DNA of 64,000 nucleotides from Candidatus Eiseniibacteriota bacterium. GTDB lineage: Bacteria > Eisenbacteria > RBG-16-71-46. Below the pieces are notes generated by a model. It searched no databases. It was not told where the DNA came from and saw only the letters and a program-made list of their open reading frames with translations. A program made the translations under genes and the position numbers. The stretch lies in the NCBI GenBank assembly GCA_963744995.1, contig CAVUWA010000002.1:672001-736000 (forward strand), in the 5' to 3' direction. The stretch's first letter is position 1; every line of letters begins with the position of its first letter. This document shows positions 32,960 to 42,784 of the stretch, one piece after another.

Positions 32960-34657
32960 GTGAAAGACACTCACACGCCGACCCAGGATTCGACCGCCCC
33001 CGACCTCGCTGAGACTGCCCCCGATACGCGTATCGACGCGATCTGGAAGCGCGCCTACAGCGCGCGCACGCCCGCCGATCTCAAGAAGCTCTACGCCGAC
33101 TGGGCGGAGTCCTACGACGCCGACCACGAAAAGGTGGGCTTCTTCGGCCACAAGCTGACCGCGGAGGTGCTCGCCCGCTACCTGACGCGCCACGACGTGG
33201 CGCGCATCCTCGATGCCGGAGCCGGGACCGGCGCCGCGGGGGAAGCGCTCCACGCGCTCGGCTTCCGCGACATGACGGCCCTCGACCTGAGCGCGGAAAT
33301 GCTCGAGGTCGCGCGGAAGAAGCAGATCTACCGGCGCACGCTCGTCGCCGATCTGTCGATGCCGATCGATGCCTTCGCGCAGGACCGCTTCGATGCCGCG
33401 GTGATGGTCGGCGTGTTCTCGTACGGCCAGGCGCCGAAGGAGGCGCTCAATGAGGTGCTGCGGCTGGTCCGTCCGGGCGGCGTGATCGCGCTCACGATGC
33501 GCACCGACTTCCATCGCGACAACGCCATGGGCGTGCGCGGCCGCATGGAGGAACTGGAAGAGGCCGGGGCCTGGCGGATGCTCGAACGCACCGACCCGGC
33601 GCAGTACCTACCCCAGAAGGATCCGGACGCGATGTTCCAGGTGTTCTGCTACCGGGTCACGGGCCGCGCGCAGCGCGAGGTCGAGCCCGGGTTCGAGGAG
33701 GCCGTCGAACAGGCGCTGGCGAGCGACGACTGGGTGAAGAAGATCGACCACGCGTGGATCTGGGACTCGATGGCGTCGTCCCTCTACGAACGCTATACGC
33801 GCACGTCCGGGTATTACCTGACCGACTGCGAGGAGGAGATCCTGCATGAGAACGCGACCGCGATCCTCGGCGACGCACGGATGATCGTCGAGCTGGGCTG
33901 CGGCTCGGCGCGCAAGATCAGTCACGTGCTGGCCGCCGCCATCGAGCGGGATCGCGAACCCGTGCACTATCTGCCGATCGACGTGTCCGCGGGCGCGCTG
34001 AGCGCCACCGAAGGCGAAGTGCGCCAGCGCTTCTCGAACCACGTCAGGGTGGAGCCGCGACAGGGCATGTTCGACCAGATCCTGCCGGAGCTGCCGATCG
34101 ACCGGCCGAAGCTGGTGTTCTTCTTCGGATCCTCGCTCGGCAACCTCGACACCGTGCACGACACGGTGAAGTTCCTGCGCATGCTCGGCGAGCGGCTCGG
34201 ACCGGACGACCGGTTCGTGGCCGGTATCGATCTGCACAAGGACGAAGCCGTGCTCGAGCGCGCCTACAACGAAGAGACCGCCTGCCGCGACTTCTTCGTG
34301 CACATGCTGCGGCGCATCAACGTGCATCTCGGTGCCGACTTCGATCCCCGCGTGTTCGAGCTGTCGTCCACCTACGACGAGGAGCCGGGCGAGCCCGGGC
34401 TGCGCACCCGGCGCATGAACCTGCGCATCGCGCCGCGCACCTCCCAGCGCAGCTGGGTCCGCAAGCTCGGGATCGAGGTGCATCTCGAAGCCGGGCAGCC
34501 GGTGCAGGTCGGCATCTCGCGCAAGTACGAGCCTGAGGGCATTCGCGAGCTGGCGCGCATGGCGGGGCTCGAGCTCCGCCGGCAGTGGTTCGATCGCCGT
34601 CGCTGGTTCTCACTGAACGAGTTCGTGCGGGCGCGCGGCTCGAGCAGCCGGGCGTGA
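32960..34657 (+). CDS. Two-domain SAM methyltransferase: METTL27/WBSCR27-like class I MTase fused to a divergent EgtD-like (Methyltransf_33) domain
   Basis: Domain 1: YADWAESYD, LDAGAGTG, DLSAEML, LVRPGG. Domain 2: YYLTDCEEEIL, VELGCGSARK, YLPIDVS, FFGSSLGN, GIDLHKD, AYN, ISRKY. GGAG before GTG 32960. Confidence 0.88.
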   Translation: MKDTHTPTQDSTAPDLAETAPDTRIDAIWKRAYSARTPADLKKLYADWAESYDADHEKVGFFGHKLTAEVLARYLTRHDVARILDAGAGTGAAGEALHALGFRDMTALDLSAEMLEVARKKQIYRRTLVADLSMPIDAFAQDRFDAAVMVGVFSYGQAPKEALNEVLRLVRPGGVIALTMRTDFHRDNAMGVRGRMEELEEAGAWRMLERTDPAQYLPQKDPDAMFQVFCYRVTGRAQREVEPGFEEAVEQALASDDWVKKIDHAWIWDSMASSLYERYTRTSGYYLTDCEEEILHENATAILGDARMIVELGCGSARKISHVLAAAIERDREPVHYLPIDVSAGALSATEGEVRQRFSNHVRVEPRQGMFDQILPELPIDRPKLVFFFGSSLGNLDTVHDTVKFLRMLGERLGPDDRFVAGIDLHKDEAVLERAYNEETACRDFFVHMLRRINVHLGADFDPRVFELSSTYDEEPGEPGLRTRRMNLRIAPRTSQRSWVRKLGIEVHLEAGQPVQVGISRKYEPEGIRELARMAGLELRRQWFDRRRWFSLNEFVRARGSSSRA

Positions 34658-35400
34658 TCCGACTCGAAAAAGTCTCCTGCATCTTCACCGGTGACCGCGG
34701 CGCGGAGGTCCGCGCCGTGGTCGACCTGGATCTGGAGGTGCAGCGCGGCGAAACGCTGGTGCTGCTCGGCCCGAGCGGCTGCGGCAAGACCACTACGCTC
34801 AGGCTGATCAACCGGCTGCTCACGCCGTCGTCCGGGCGGGTGCTGGTCGACGGCACCGACATCATGCAGACGGACCCGGTGCGGCTCCGGCGCGGCCTCG
34901 GCTACGTCGTGCAGAGCGGCGGCCTGTTTCCGCACCTCAACGTCGCGCGCAACATCGGCGTCCTGTGTGAGCTCGAGGGCTGGCCGCGCGAGCGGATCCG
35001 CAAGCGCGTGGACGAGCTGCTCGAACTGGTGCGTCTGCCGGCGTCGGTGCGCGGCCGGTATCCGGTCGAGCTGTCCGGCGGGCAGCGGCAGCGCGTGGGC
35101 GTCGCGCGGGCGCTCGCGCTCGATCCGCCGGCCATGCTGATGGACGAGCCGTTCGGGGCGCTGGACCCGATCACCCGCGGCGAGCTGCAGCGGGACTTCA
35201 AGCAGCTCGAACATCTGGTGAGCAAGACCATCGTCTTCGTCAGCCACGATCTCGACGAGGCCTTCCTGCTCGGCGACCGCGTGGCGCTGATGGGCAGCGG
35301 CCGGCTCGTGCAGGTCGGCACGCCCGAGGACCTCGAGCAGCGGCCGGCCTCGCCGCTGGTGACCCAGTTCCTCTCCGGGAGAACCCGTGCGCTTCACTAG
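34654..35400 (+). CDS. Betaine/osmoprotectant-type ABC transporter ATP-binding subunit (OpuA/OsmV/EgtV-like)
   Basis: GPSGCGKTT, LSGGQRQRVGVARAL, MDEPFGALDPITR. GTGA overlap with the methyltransferase stop. Confidence 0.93.
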   Translation: MIRLEKVSCIFTGDRGAEVRAVVDLDLEVQRGETLVLLGPSGCGKTTTLRLINRLLTPSSGRVLVDGTDIMQTDPVRLRRGLGYVVQSGGLFPHLNVARNIGVLCELEGWPRERIRKRVDELLELVRLPASVRGRYPVELSGGQRQRVGVARALALDPPAMLMDEPFGALDPITRGELQRDFKQLEHLVSKTIVFVSHDLDEAFLLGDRVALMGSGRLVQVGTPEDLEQRPASPLVTQFLSGRTRALH

Positions 35401-36958
35401 ACGCTTCGCTCCGGTCGTGCTCGCGCTGTGCGCGCTTCTCGCACCCGCGCTCGCCCGAGCGCAGGCGAAGATCGTGATCGGCAGCAAGAACTTCACCGAG
35501 TCGCGGCTGCTCGGCGAGATGATGGCGATGATGATCGAGTCGCGCACCGACCTCGAAGTCGAGCATCGGGCGGGCCTCGGCGGCACGCTGGTGTGCTGGA
35601 CGGCGCTGAAGCGCGGCGAGATCGACATGTATCCGGACTACACCGGCACGGGCTGGTCGATCGTCCTCAAGGAGCCGGGCAAGGTCTCGAATCCACTGCG
35701 TGCGTTTCTCTTCGTGAAGGAACGCTACAAGGCGCTCTACGACGTCGACTGGCTGGATCCGTTCGGGCTCAACAATACGTACGCCCTGGCGATGCGCGAG
35801 GACCTGGCCGCAAAGCTCGGCATCCGCTCGATCTCGGATCTCAAGCGGCACGAATCCGAGCTGCATGCCGGCTTCAGCATCGAGTTCATGAACCGCGAGG
35901 ATGGCTGGCCGGGTTTGAGCAAGTACTACGGGCTCGAGTTCGCGCAGGTGCGCGCGCTCGAGCACGGGCTCGCCTACGAGGCGGTCGCCGCGGGGCAGAT
36001 CGACCTGCTCGACGCGTATTCGACCGATGGCAAGCTGATGCGTTATCCGCTGCGCGTGCTCAAGGACGATCGCGGCTTCTTTCCGCCCTACAACGCGGCG
36101 CCGATCGTGCGCGGTGCGACGCTGCGCGCGCACCCCGAGATCCGCGAGGCGCTCGCACCGCTGGCGTTCGCGATTCCCGACAGCACGATGATCCGGCTCA
36201 ATTACGCGGTGGAGGAGGAGGGCCGCAGCTTCCACGACGTCGCGCACGACTTCCTCGTGAGCCGCGATCTGCTCGAAGCGGGGCCGGCGCACAGGGAGCG
36301 CCGCCGCACGAACGTCTGGCAGTTCGTGCGCTCGCGGATCCGGCCGACGCTGGACCTGGGCCTCGAACACCTGCAGCTGAGTCTCAGCGCGGTGCTGCTC
36401 GCAATCCTGCTCGCGGTGCCGCTCGGCATCGGAGTCATGCGCACGCGGCTCGGCGAGCGCCTCGCGCTCGGCAGCGCCTCGGTCATTCAGACCATCCCGA
36501 GCCTCGCGCTGCTCGCGTTCATGATCGCGATCCCGGGCCTGGGCCTGTCGGTGCGCTCGGCGGTGACGGCGCTGTTCCTGTACGCGCTGCTGCCGATCCT
36601 GCGCAACACCGTCACCGGACTGCGCTCGGCCGATTCCGAGCTGATCGATGCCGCGACCGGAATCGGTCTCACCGAGCGGCAGATCCTGCTGCGGGTGCGC
36701 CTGCCGCTCGCGACGAGCACGATCATGGCGGGAATCCGCACCTCGACCGTGATCAGCATCGGCGTCGCCACGCTCGCCGCGTTCATCGGCGCCGGCGGCC
36801 TCGGTGAGCCGATCGTGACGGGCCTCTACCTCAACGATACGCGCCTGATCCTGGCCGGCGCGATTCCGGCCGCCCTGCTCGCGCTGATGGCCGACTGGCT
36901 GCTCGGCCTGCTCGAACACCGGCTCGTGCCGCGCGGCCTGCGCGGCCGCGAGGGGTAG
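35387..36958 (+). CDS. Fused substrate-binding protein plus permease of a quaternary-amine ABC transporter (OpuBC/OsmX/EgtU-like)
   Basis: Signal peptide; IGSKNFTES, YPDYTGT, NNTYAL, DAYSTDG, FFPPY; C-terminal permease QTIPSLALL, IGAGGLG. Confidence 0.92.
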   Translation: MRFTRRFAPVVLALCALLAPALARAQAKIVIGSKNFTESRLLGEMMAMMIESRTDLEVEHRAGLGGTLVCWTALKRGEIDMYPDYTGTGWSIVLKEPGKVSNPLRAFLFVKERYKALYDVDWLDPFGLNNTYALAMREDLAAKLGIRSISDLKRHESELHAGFSIEFMNREDGWPGLSKYYGLEFAQVRALEHGLAYEAVAAGQIDLLDAYSTDGKLMRYPLRVLKDDRGFFPPYNAAPIVRGATLRAHPEIREALAPLAFAIPDSTMIRLNYAVEEEGRSFHDVAHDFLVSRDLLEAGPAHRERRRTNVWQFVRSRIRPTLDLGLEHLQLSLSAVLLAILLAVPLGIGVMRTRLGERLALGSASVIQTIPSLALLAFMIAIPGLGLSVRSAVTALFLYALLPILRNTVTGLRSADSELIDAATGIGLTERQILLRVRLPLATSTIMAGIRTSTVISIGVATLAAFIGAGGLGEPIVTGLYLNDTRLILAGAIPAALLALMADWLLGLLEHRLVPRGLRGREG

Positions 36959-37130
36959 CTCCCCCGGCGCGCGGCGGGGGCGCGCGTGCCGCGCCCTCGC
37001 GCTTCCCACCATCGGTGAGCCGGGTCGGAATCGGCACGCAGCGCGACGCGGTTGTGGCGCGTGAAGGCGGCTGCTAGCGTGCGGATCCGGTCGATCGGCG
37101 CCCGGCGTCATGCGCGCGGGCCCCCACTTC

Positions 37131-39791
37131 ATGTCCGAGGAGACGACTCTGCCCAGCGACCCGCACGCACCCCTCCGCGCCAACGTGCGAATGCTGGGGG
37201 AGATGCTCGGCGAGGTCATGGCCCGCAGCGAGGGGCCGGACCTGCTCGAGACGGTCGAGCGGGTGCGGGCGCTCTCCAAACGCCGCCGCTCCGGGGAACT
37301 CGACCTCCAGGCGCTGCGCGAGACGCTGTCTTCGCTTCACGGGGATCGCGCCCCGGCGGTGGCGCGTGCGTTCTCGCAGTTCCTCGCGCTCGCCAACGTC
37401 GCGGAACAGCACCACCGCATCCGCAGGCGCAGGGCTTACGAAGCGCGGCCGGACGCCTCGCCCCAGCGCGGGTCGTTCGACGACGTCTTCGCCGAACTCG
37501 TAGAGGGCGGCGTCGGCGGCGACGCCCTCGCGGCGGCGGCCCACGAGCTCCGCATCGAACTGGTCCTGACCGCGCACCCGACCGAGATCTCGCGCCGCAC
37601 CGTGCGCCTGCGTTTCGAGCGGATCGCCGCCGCGCTGGCCACGCTCGACCGGACCGACCTGACGCCGGGCGAACGCACGGCCACGCTCGATGCGTTGCGG
37701 GCCGAGATCGCAGGCGCATGGCTCACCGACGAGATCCGGCCGGAGCGCCCGACCCCGCTCGACGAAGTACGCGCGGGCATGCTCGCCTTCGAGCGCACGC
37801 TGTTCGACGTGCTGCCGGCGACATTGCGGCGGCTCGACGCCGCGCTCGAGCGGCACGCCGGCCACCGGCTGGCCCTCGATGCGGTGCCGATCCGTTTCGG
37901 CTCGTGGATCGGTGGCGACCGCGACGGCAACCCGAACGTGACGGCGGCCGTCACGCGCGACGCCTGGCGGCTCGGTGTGTGGCAGGCGGCCGATCTCTAC
38001 CTGCGCGAACTGAAAGCCCTGCGCGACGAGCTCACCATGCACGATGCCAGCCCCGCGCTGCGTGCCCGAACCGGAGCGGCGCACGAGCCCTACCGCGCGC
38101 TGCTCGGTGCATTGCGCGATCGGGTGCGCGACACGCGCGAGGACGCGGCACGGCGGATGGCCGGCCGGCCGGTGGAGGGACTCACGCCGCTGACCCGTAC
38201 GGCGGAGCTGCGCGAACCGCTCATGCTGTGCTTCGAATCGCTCGTCGCCTGCGGAGCGGGCGACATCGCACACGGCAGGCTGGCCGATCTCATCCGCCGC
38301 GTAGCCTGCTTCGGCCTCTCGCTCGTCCGTCTCGATCTGCGCCAGGATGCGGCGCTGCACGAGAAGGCGATGGCCGCCGTCACCCGTGCGCTCGGGAGCG
38401 GGGATTACGCCGCGTGGAACGAGGAACGTCGCGCGGCGTTCCTCGCGAAGGCGCTCGAGCCCGTCCGCCCGCGTCTTCCGGACGCCATCGACGGCGACGC
38501 CGAGGTGCACGAGGTGCTCGACACGTTCCGCGTCGCCGCCGAGCTGGGCGAGGAGGCGCGCGGCGCCTACGTGATCTCGATGGCCCGCGCACCGTCGGAC
38601 GTGCTGGCCGTGCTCTGGCTGCAGCGGACGGCCGGGGTGGAGCCGCCGATGCGCGTGGTGCCGCTGTTCGAGACGATCGATGATCTGCACGCCGCGCCCG
38701 CCACGGTCGAACGGTTGTTCGAGACCCCGGTGTACCGCGCGTCGATCGACGACCGGCAGGAAGTCATGCTGGGCTACTCCGACTCGGCCAAGGACCGCGG
38801 CCGACTGACGTCGGCATGGGCCCTGTACCAGGCGCAGGAGGCGCTGGCCGGCGTGTCGCGCCGGCACGGCGTGCGGCTCACGCTGTTTCACGGCCGCGGC
38901 GGAACCGTGGGACGCGGGGGCGGGCCGACGCGGCTCGCGATCCTGTCGCAGCCACCGGGGACGGTCGGCGGTGCGCTGCGGGTCACCGAGCAGGGCGAGA
39001 TGATCCAGGCGAAGTTCGGCTTCGCCGGCATCGCACAGCGCACGCTCGAGCGCTACGTGACCGGGACACTGGAGGCGACGTTGCGCCCGCCCGCGGGTCC
39101 GAAGCCGGAGTGGCGCGCCACGATGGACGCGCTCTCGGCGCGGGCCGCCGCGGCGTTCGGGCACGTGGTCAAGGAAGAGCCCCGCTTCGTGTCCTACTTC
39201 GAGACGGCCACCCCGGTGCGCGAGCTCGGCGAGCTGCAGATCGGCAGCCGCCCGGCGCGGCGTGGGCGGGGCGGCGGCGTGGGTTCGCTGCGCGCGATTC
39301 CCTGGGTGTTCGCCTGGACGCAGACGCGGCTGCTGCTGCCGTCGTGGCTCGGCGTGGGCGAGGCGCTGGGCGAGGCGCTCGAGGCGGGGGAGCGCGACAC
39401 GCTCGTCGACATGGTGCATCACTGGCCGTTCTTCGCGACCACCCTCGACTTGATCGAAATGGTGCTCGCGAAGTCCGATGCCGACATCGCCGCCGCCTAT
39501 GACGCGGCGCTCGTCGGCGACAGCGACCGTGATCTCGGCGCCGCGCTGCGCGCACGGCACGCACGCACCGTCGCCTGCATCCGTGCGCTGACGGGGCACG
39601 AGCGCCTGATCGAGCACCAGCCGGTGCTGCGGCGTTCGATCGACCTCAGGAACCCCTACGTCGATCCCATCAACCTGATCCAGATCGAGATGCTGCGGCG
39701 GCTGCGCGGCGGCGCGGCGGACCCGCAGCTGCGCCACGCCCTGCACGTCACGATGAACGGCATCGCCGCGGGAATGCGGAACACCGGGTGA
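37131..39791 (+). CDS. ppc: Phosphoenolpyruvate carboxylase
   Basis: VLTAHPTE, GGDRDGNP, VMLGYSDSAKD, FHGRGGTVGRGG, LRAIPW, C-terminal MRNTG. Confidence 0.97.
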   Translation: MSEETTLPSDPHAPLRANVRMLGEMLGEVMARSEGPDLLETVERVRALSKRRRSGELDLQALRETLSSLHGDRAPAVARAFSQFLALANVAEQHHRIRRRRAYEARPDASPQRGSFDDVFAELVEGGVGGDALAAAAHELRIELVLTAHPTEISRRTVRLRFERIAAALATLDRTDLTPGERTATLDALRAEIAGAWLTDEIRPERPTPLDEVRAGMLAFERTLFDVLPATLRRLDAALERHAGHRLALDAVPIRFGSWIGGDRDGNPNVTAAVTRDAWRLGVWQAADLYLRELKALRDELTMHDASPALRARTGAAHEPYRALLGALRDRVRDTREDAARRMAGRPVEGLTPLTRTAELREPLMLCFESLVACGAGDIAHGRLADLIRRVACFGLSLVRLDLRQDAALHEKAMAAVTRALGSGDYAAWNEERRAAFLAKALEPVRPRLPDAIDGDAEVHEVLDTFRVAAELGEEARGAYVISMARAPSDVLAVLWLQRTAGVEPPMRVVPLFETIDDLHAAPATVERLFETPVYRASIDDRQEVMLGYSDSAKDRGRLTSAWALYQAQEALAGVSRRHGVRLTLFHGRGGTVGRGGGPTRLAILSQPPGTVGGALRVTEQGEMIQAKFGFAGIAQRTLERYVTGTLEATLRPPAGPKPEWRATMDALSARAAAAFGHVVKEEPRFVSYFETATPVRELGELQIGSRPARRGRGGGVGSLRAIPWVFAWTQTRLLLPSWLGVGEALGEALEAGERDTLVDMVHHWPFFATTLDLIEMVLAKSDADIAAAYDAALVGDSDRDLGAALRARHARTVACIRALTGHERLIEHQPVLRRSIDLRNPYVDPINLIQIEMLRRLRGGAADPQLRHALHVTMNGIAAGMRNTG

Positions 39792-39928
39792 AGTGGATCC
39801 CGGGCGGCATGGCAGCGGGCTGCCGGACGCGGCGCGCCTCCGCCGGCTGCCCGGACCGGGTCGCGTCCCGTCGGGGGCGGCGGGCCCTGCGCGGGCGGCC
39901 CGGCCCGGGCGGCGGCCCGTGCGCGTGA

Positions 39929-40061
39929 GGGTTCCGGACCCGGTTCGTCGCTTACCCATCTGAACGGCGGTTTCTGCCGGGCGGCCCTGCGGTGAGCCCC
40001 GCGCGCAGCCCGGCTTTGAGAAGCCTGAACACGGCGGAAGTCCACGAATCGGGCCGCACCC
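39929..40061 (+). ncRNA. Candidate structured ncRNA (long rod with central bubble, 6S-RNA-like)
   Basis: Nested complementarity: CCCGGTTCGT(39939-48)/ACGAATCGGG(40044-53), GGTTTCT/AGAAGCC, GCCGGGC/GCCCGGC. CTGAAC on both sides of the bubble. Strand assumed from the downstream hairpin. Confidence 0.4.
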
Positions 40062-40122
40062 GAGGAGAAGGCGGCGGCGCACGCCAGGCATGGGTGCGGG
40101 CGTCGCCCTTTCTCTTCGTTTC
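40062..40122 (+). terminator. Terminator-like hairpin with pyrimidine-rich tail
   Basis: GAGAAGGCGGCG..CGCAC pairs imperfectly with GTGCG..CGTCGCCCTTTCTC, followed by TTCGTTTC. Confidence 0.45.
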
Positions 40123-40325
40123 GTCGTCCTGCTGGTGACGGTGGACCGTGACGCGGGCGCCCGGGGGACCTCGTTCGGAGCCGGCGCCGGTCCGTCAAGA
40201 CCCTGCCATTTCCCCTTCCGATCCCTTGCCGCGGCGCGGCCGCCCTGCTAGCTTCCCGCCGCTGCTCCACCCCGACGCCTGCGCTCCGTTCCCCACGGCA
40301 GGCCAGCTTCGGAGTTCGATCGCAT

Positions 40326-41354
40326 TTGAAGAATCTACTGCTCTCGCGCGCCATGGCGTTCGGCCTCGCGGCCGTCACCACGTGCGCAGCCATGCTGGTC
40401 CCGGGACTCGGTTCCCACGGCCAGGACCTGCTGGCCGCCTACCATCTGGATCCCGCGCTCATTCCGCGCCCGGCGCAGTTCGCGTTCGAGAACTTCCGCC
40501 TCGGCCACGGGATCGGCAGCGGCTTCGTGTTGCCCGGCCAGACCGTGAACGTCGGCATCGTCGAGGGCGGCGTGCCGGTCGCGTACACGCTGCTGCCCGA
40601 CAGCGGCGCCGTGCGCCCGATCGACGGCCGCCACTGGGAGTGGACCGCGCCCGCGACGCCCGGCATCGTGCGGCTCACGGCGGTGGACTCGCTCGGCATC
40701 GACTCGATGCGCATCAACGTGTTCGTGATGACGCCGTACGCCGAGCTCAGGAAGGGCATTCTCAACGGCTACCGCATCGGCGCCTACCCGGTCGAGCGCG
40801 AGATCGGCGGCGTCATCTATCGCCGGCCGCGTGGCTTCGTCGAAATCACCGAAGCCAATCGAGGCACGCAGCTGTCGCCGCACTTCAAACTCGGCCAGTT
40901 CGAGTGTCCGCAGAGCAGCGGCTATCCGCGCTACGCGGTGCTCACCGAGCCGCTCGTGGCGAAGCTCGAGGCGATCGTGGACGGCCTCGGGCAGTTCGGC
41001 CATCACGTCGAGACCCTCGGCATCATGAGCGGCTACCGCTCGCCCTGGTTCAACCGCTCGAACGGCAACGCCTGGTACAGCCGCCATCAGTACGGCGATG
41101 CCGCGGACTTCTTCGTGGACGCCGACGGCGACGGCCGCATGGACGACCTCAATGAGGACGGCAAGGTGAACGGCGCCGACGCGCGCACCCTGCAGTGCAT
41201 CATCGAGACGCTCGCCGTCGACGCGCGGGACGACATCGTGCCCGGCGGACTCGGCACCTACCGTTCGAGCCACGTGCACGGTCCGTTCGTGCACACCGAC
41301 GCGCGCGGCTTCCGGGCGCGCTGGGGCCTCAGGGCGGGCTGCGGCGGGTCGTAG
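40326..41354 (+). CDS. Peptidase M15A-type (D-Ala-D-Ala metallopeptidase, YcbK-like) secreted protein
   Basis: LSPHFKLGQF, SGYRSP, SRHQYGDAAD, FVHTDARG; EF-hand-like DADGDGRMDDLNEDG. Confidence 0.85.
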   Translation: MKNLLLSRAMAFGLAAVTTCAAMLVPGLGSHGQDLLAAYHLDPALIPRPAQFAFENFRLGHGIGSGFVLPGQTVNVGIVEGGVPVAYTLLPDSGAVRPIDGRHWEWTAPATPGIVRLTAVDSLGIDSMRINVFVMTPYAELRKGILNGYRIGAYPVEREIGGVIYRRPRGFVEITEANRGTQLSPHFKLGQFECPQSSGYPRYAVLTEPLVAKLEAIVDGLGQFGHHVETLGIMSGYRSPWFNRSNGNAWYSRHQYGDAADFFVDADGDGRMDDLNEDGKVNGADARTLQCIIETLAVDARDDIVPGGLGTYRSSHVHGPFVHTDARGFRARWGLRAGCGGS

Positions 41355-41588
41355 CCGGCGGCCCGCGCCACGCCGGCGGCGGGGAGGGGCGCCCGCAGGC
41401 GTCTGACCTGACCCCGCGCGCCATCCGCATCCGTCGTGCGATCTGCTGCGGCCGTGGCGGGACCTCGGCCCCCGGCGCTCCGGCCTGCTCGAATGCACTG
41501 GACCATTGAAACCATCCGGTCATTCGTTCTGTCCAACCCGGCGCAAACGGCTTCACGTCCCGACTCCGAACCCCAAACGGGAGATACC

Positions 41589-42707
41589 ATGCAGCGTCTC
41601 TTGCTCGCGATCACCCTCCTCGCGCTGGCCGCCGCGCCCGCCGCCGCCCAGATGGGCGGCCCGCAGCCCGACATCACCATCGATGCCCGTACGCGCAGCG
41701 CCGTCGTCGAATCGCTGGCGGTCGCAGTCACCGACCACTACGTGTTCCCCGACCTCGGGAAGACGGTCGCGAAGGATCTCCGGCGCCGCCTGAAGCGCAA
41801 GGAATACGACCGCATCACCAGTGCGAAGGAATTCGCCGATTCGCTGACGGCCCACATGCAGGCGATCACTCACGACCTGCACCTGCGCGCGCACTACCGC
41901 CACGATCCGTTCCCCGAGCAGACGGCGCCCGATGGCCCGCCGCCGCCCGAAGAGCTCCGCCGCATGCAGGAGTTCTGGCGCGTGCGCAACTACGGCTTCG
42001 AAAAGCTCGAGCGGCTCGCGGGCAACGTCGGGTATCTCGAGATGTACATGTTCTCGGGCGACCCGGACGCGCAGGCGACCGCGGTCGCGGCGATGAACTT
42101 CCTCGGCAACGCCGACGCGTTGATCATCGACCTGCGCCGCAACGGCGGCGGCAGCCCGGCGATGATCCAGACGCTGCTCACGTATCTCGTCGCGCCCGAC
42201 GACCGGCTGCTGTTCAATACCTTCTACACGCGCGGCGAAGACCGCATCGAGCAGTGGCACACGTCGTCGTACGTCCCGGGCGCGCGCTTCGCCGGCAAGC
42301 CGATCTACGTGCTCACCAGCGGCCGCACGGGGTCGGCCGCCGAGGAGTTCGCCTACGACGTGCAGACTCACAAGCTGGGTACGCTGGTCGGCGCAACCAC
42401 GGCCGGCGCCGCGAACCCCGGAGATCTGTTCCGGCTGGACGACCATTTCGCGGCGTTCATTGCCACCGGGCGCGCGATCAACCCGGTGACGAACACCAAC
42501 TGGGAAGGCGTGGGCGTCAAGCCCGACGTGGACGTGGCGCCGGAATCCGCGCTGCGCGAGGCGCACGTGCTGGCGCTGCAGAAGCTGATCGAGAAGGCCG
42601 ATAGTGACGTACGGCGCGAAGCGCTGAACGCCGCCCTGGGGCAGGCGAAGGAACGCAAGGACGAAGCGCCCGAGGACTTCGTGCGGCACTCGCGGCGCAA
42701 GAGCTGA
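41589..42707 (+). CDS. S41-family (IRBP-like/tail-specific) peptidase
   Basis: Signal peptide; GNVGYL; IIDLRRNGGG; TGSAAEEF; WEGVGVKPD. Confidence 0.9.
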   Translation: MQRLLLAITLLALAAAPAAAQMGGPQPDITIDARTRSAVVESLAVAVTDHYVFPDLGKTVAKDLRRRLKRKEYDRITSAKEFADSLTAHMQAITHDLHLRAHYRHDPFPEQTAPDGPPPPEELRRMQEFWRVRNYGFEKLERLAGNVGYLEMYMFSGDPDAQATAVAAMNFLGNADALIIDLRRNGGGSPAMIQTLLTYLVAPDDRLLFNTFYTRGEDRIEQWHTSSYVPGARFAGKPIYVLTSGRTGSAAEEFAYDVQTHKLGTLVGATTAGAANPGDLFRLDDHFAAFIATGRAINPVTNTNWEGVGVKPDVDVAPESALREAHVLALQKLIEKADSDVRREALNAALGQAKERKDEAPEDFVRHSRRKS

Positions 42708-42784
42708 TCCCGCCCGAGACGCACCGGTGTTAGACTTCCCGACGCGGCGGGCCGTCCCGGTCCGCCGCGAACCGGAGAGGTCGC

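Noticed and set aside
32960..34657. Assigning the symbol egtD and calling an ergothioneine biosynthesis cluster
   Set aside because: No egtB/egtC/egtE is in the window, the key substrate-binding motif is altered, and there is an extra fused domain.
39929..40061. c-di-AMP (ydaO) riboswitch upstream of a cell-wall peptidase
   Set aside because: The context and pseudo-symmetry are suggestive, but the GAAUC pairs, GGGGAACC/GGGGGACC and CAGCUAAC hallmarks are absent.
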